Shown: in pieces, positions 62,160 to 64,000 of the stretch
How positions within the stretch are numbered: position 1 is the stretch's first letter
How the letters are laid out: every line of letters starts with the position of its first letter
Source of the DNA: Syntrophorhabdaceae bacterium
GTDB lineage: Bacteria > Desulfobacterota > Syntrophorhabdia > Syntrophorhabdales > Syntrophorhabdaceae
Length of the DNA stretch: 64,000 nt
NCBI GenBank assembly: GCA_963665295.1
Contig: OY762209.1
Location: 2,848,001-2,912,000, forward strand
Direction: 5' to 3'
The notes under the pieces: model-generated
The model's database searches: none
What the model was told of the DNA's origin: nothing
What the model saw: the letters and a program-made list of their open reading frames with translations, nothing else
Translations under genes and position numbers: made by a program

Positions 62160-62995
62160 TGCGATTTTTCAGGTTAATTCACCCACCCCATTTTCAGGTT
62201 AATTCACCCGGGTACGGCGCAACATCCTCAGTTTTCTACCATGCCTGTTTCCTCATGTTCAATCCTTTTCAGTTGCCTTTTTTGCCCCTGCCCATTCTCT
62301 TGCGGTAGCTCTCCCCCTCGATGAAGATCTGGTGGGCATTGTGGGCCAGCCGATCAAGGAGGGAGTTCGCAAGAAGCGGATCATCAAAGAGGCTCATCCA
62401 CTCTTCAAGGGGCCGTGAGCTCGTGATGACCGTCGAGGCTCTCTGGTACCTCTCAATCATCACCTCATAGAGGTCCTGCGCCTCCGATCCCGTCAATCTC
62501 TGCAGGCCGAAGTCATCGATCACGAGCACGTGGGGATGGATGAGCTGGATAAGCTCCTTCCCGAAGGAGTGATCCGCCCGTGACTGATGGAGCCTTTTAA
62601 AGAGTATCTGGGAGCGGAGCATGAGCACGTTGAAGCCCCTCCGTACCGCGCTGTGGCCCAGGGCATTCGCAAGGTGGGTCTTCCCCACGCCCACGGGTCC
62701 GCAGATAATGACGTTCTCATGTCTTTCCGCAAAACCGAGGCCGAAGAGGTCTTTTACCTTGTCTCTATCCACGGTGATGGATGCCTCCCAGTCAAAGCGC
62801 TCCAGGGTCTGCTCCTGATCGAGGAGGGCGTCCTTCATCTTCCTCACGATCCTCCCCTGGGAGCGCCGCTCGAGCTCGTCGTTCAGCACAAGCTCCAGGA
62901 ACTCCCCGTAAGAGAGCTTCTGTGCTTTCGCATAGGACCCTCTCTCCGGCAGGGTGGCGAGGATGCCTGAGAGCCTGAGCTTTTTAAGCGTCTGT
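62160..62995 (-). mobile_element. IS21-family element, right portion
   Basis: TG terminus at 62160; 19-bp direct repeats TTTTCAGGTTAATTCACCC at 62166 and 62191; carries istB. Confidence 0.88.
62269..62994 (-). pseudogene. istB: IstB ATPase, 5' end cut by IS66 copy B
   Basis: QTLKKLRLSG N-terminus without a start codon, GPVGVGKTHLA, LVIDDFG, LDRLAHNA and GESYR. Confidence 0.88.
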
Positions 62996-64000
62996 GTAAC
63001 AGTTTAGTCCCCCTCACGGAGCCCTCGCCCCATTGCGATACAGTGCCGCCTGTGCCGTCATGGTATCCGACACCAGAAGCGTCTCCAGGAACTTCCGTGG
63101 ATCGTTCCCTTGCCTCATGGAAGTAATGATGAGACTCGGCAGGATACTGTGGGTCTTCAGTCCCGTTGCCGACCGCGTACCGAACATGAGCTTCCTCATG
63201 ATCACCAGGAAGCGGATCGACTGTTCTGCCTGGTTGTTGGTAGGTGGTACTCCCGGATAGCGAAGGAACGTGAAGAGAAACTTCCGGTCTTTGCCGGTAA
63301 GGAAGGTACGGAGCCCTTCCGCCGGCTTATACTTGAGGGGCTTTGCACATATCTTCCCGAGGGTTGCTCTCAATTGCTTCTCGATGCGGGGAGCATCTCC
63401 CCACTCTCTCTTTCCCTTAAGAAGATCCCCGCCCGCGGCGCAGGCATCCGAGAAGAGCCTCCCGACCGCATCACAGAACGCCTCCGCTTTTGTATCTCTT
63501 GTCTCCATGAGGACGAGCTCCCGGGTCAACTCCCTGGCCCTGGTGATAAGGTGGGCAAGGCATGTCTGCCTTTCTCTCGCATGAACTCCGTTATACGCGG
63601 CATAGCGGTCGGTGATGAGCACCCCGTCGAAGTTGTCCCCGAGAAGATGTTGAGCCACGTCTGTCGAGCGGTGCCGGTCGATATGGAAGAGGGCAAGATC
63701 GGCGTTTCCCGCATACCACGCGTAATGACCGGTCCCGTCGTTCCTCCATGATGTCTCATCGGCATGAACTATTTCCGAGGCGCGTATCTTCTCCCGGAGG
63801 TCTTCATAAAGAGGTGTCCCCCTTTTCGCCGCAGCCCTGTCAAACCCCACTGCCGAAGCAGGGACAAAGGCAAGGCCGAAGATCTCCCTCATAACTTCCT
63901 CTACCTTTCGATAGCTCATACCTATCCTGTACCGCAAGTATAAGGCAACGGATTTCGTAACCGGTCCGATAGGAGCATTCGGAAGTTCGTCGGGAGCCGC
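62996..64000 (-). mobile_element. IS66-family element copy B with TnpC transposase, running off the window
   Basis: GTAACAGTTTAG terminus; HADETSW, TDRYAAY, QTCLAHL and TNNQAEQSIR; transposase stop at 63014. Confidence 0.92.

Noticed and set aside
62166..62209. 19-bp direct repeats as a mini-CRISPR
   Set aside because: Only two copies with a 6-nt gap at an IS21 end; these are typical transposase-binding repeats. No CRISPR array was seen in the window.

Overview
Bacterial chromosomal window, mostly GC-rich. The gene content suggests an anaerobic Desulfobacterota/deltaproteobacterium, but this is inference only. (1) 1-23.3 kb: distal part of a surface-polysaccharide locus. It has a flippase, a GT11 fucosyltransferase, a methyltransferase, a GDP-heptose pathway with an unusual four-domain fusion, an acyltransferase, an LtaS-like transferase, GT2s, a Wzy-like protein, a priming phosphoglycosyltransferase, Wzz, a large SLBB export protein, YjbH and an NTP_transf_5 protein. 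(2) 23.4-28.2 kb: flavin reductase-rubredoxin, purC, tRNA-Arg(CCT), a small YjbE/GfcA-like secreted protein ending TPTHHH, an exported protein, a DUF493 protein and an MFS transporter. (3) 28.2-42.8 kb: complete nuoA-N operon on the minus strand, with fused nuoCD. (4) 43.4-48.4 kb: trehalose operon (DUF5752, treT, a membrane-sensor/HAMP-fused otsA, otsB). (5) 48.4-55.5 kb: rnr, tRNA-Ser(GCT), small genes and a PAS-HD-GYP protein. (6) 55.6-64 kb: accessory island with a 150-nt rod-like hairpin, a truncated ParA-like gene, an AT-rich OLD nuclease + UvrD (Gabija-like) pair split by an IS3-family element, and nested IS66/IS21/IS66 elements running off the window. All calls come from reading motifs by eye; no database searches or folding programs were run.
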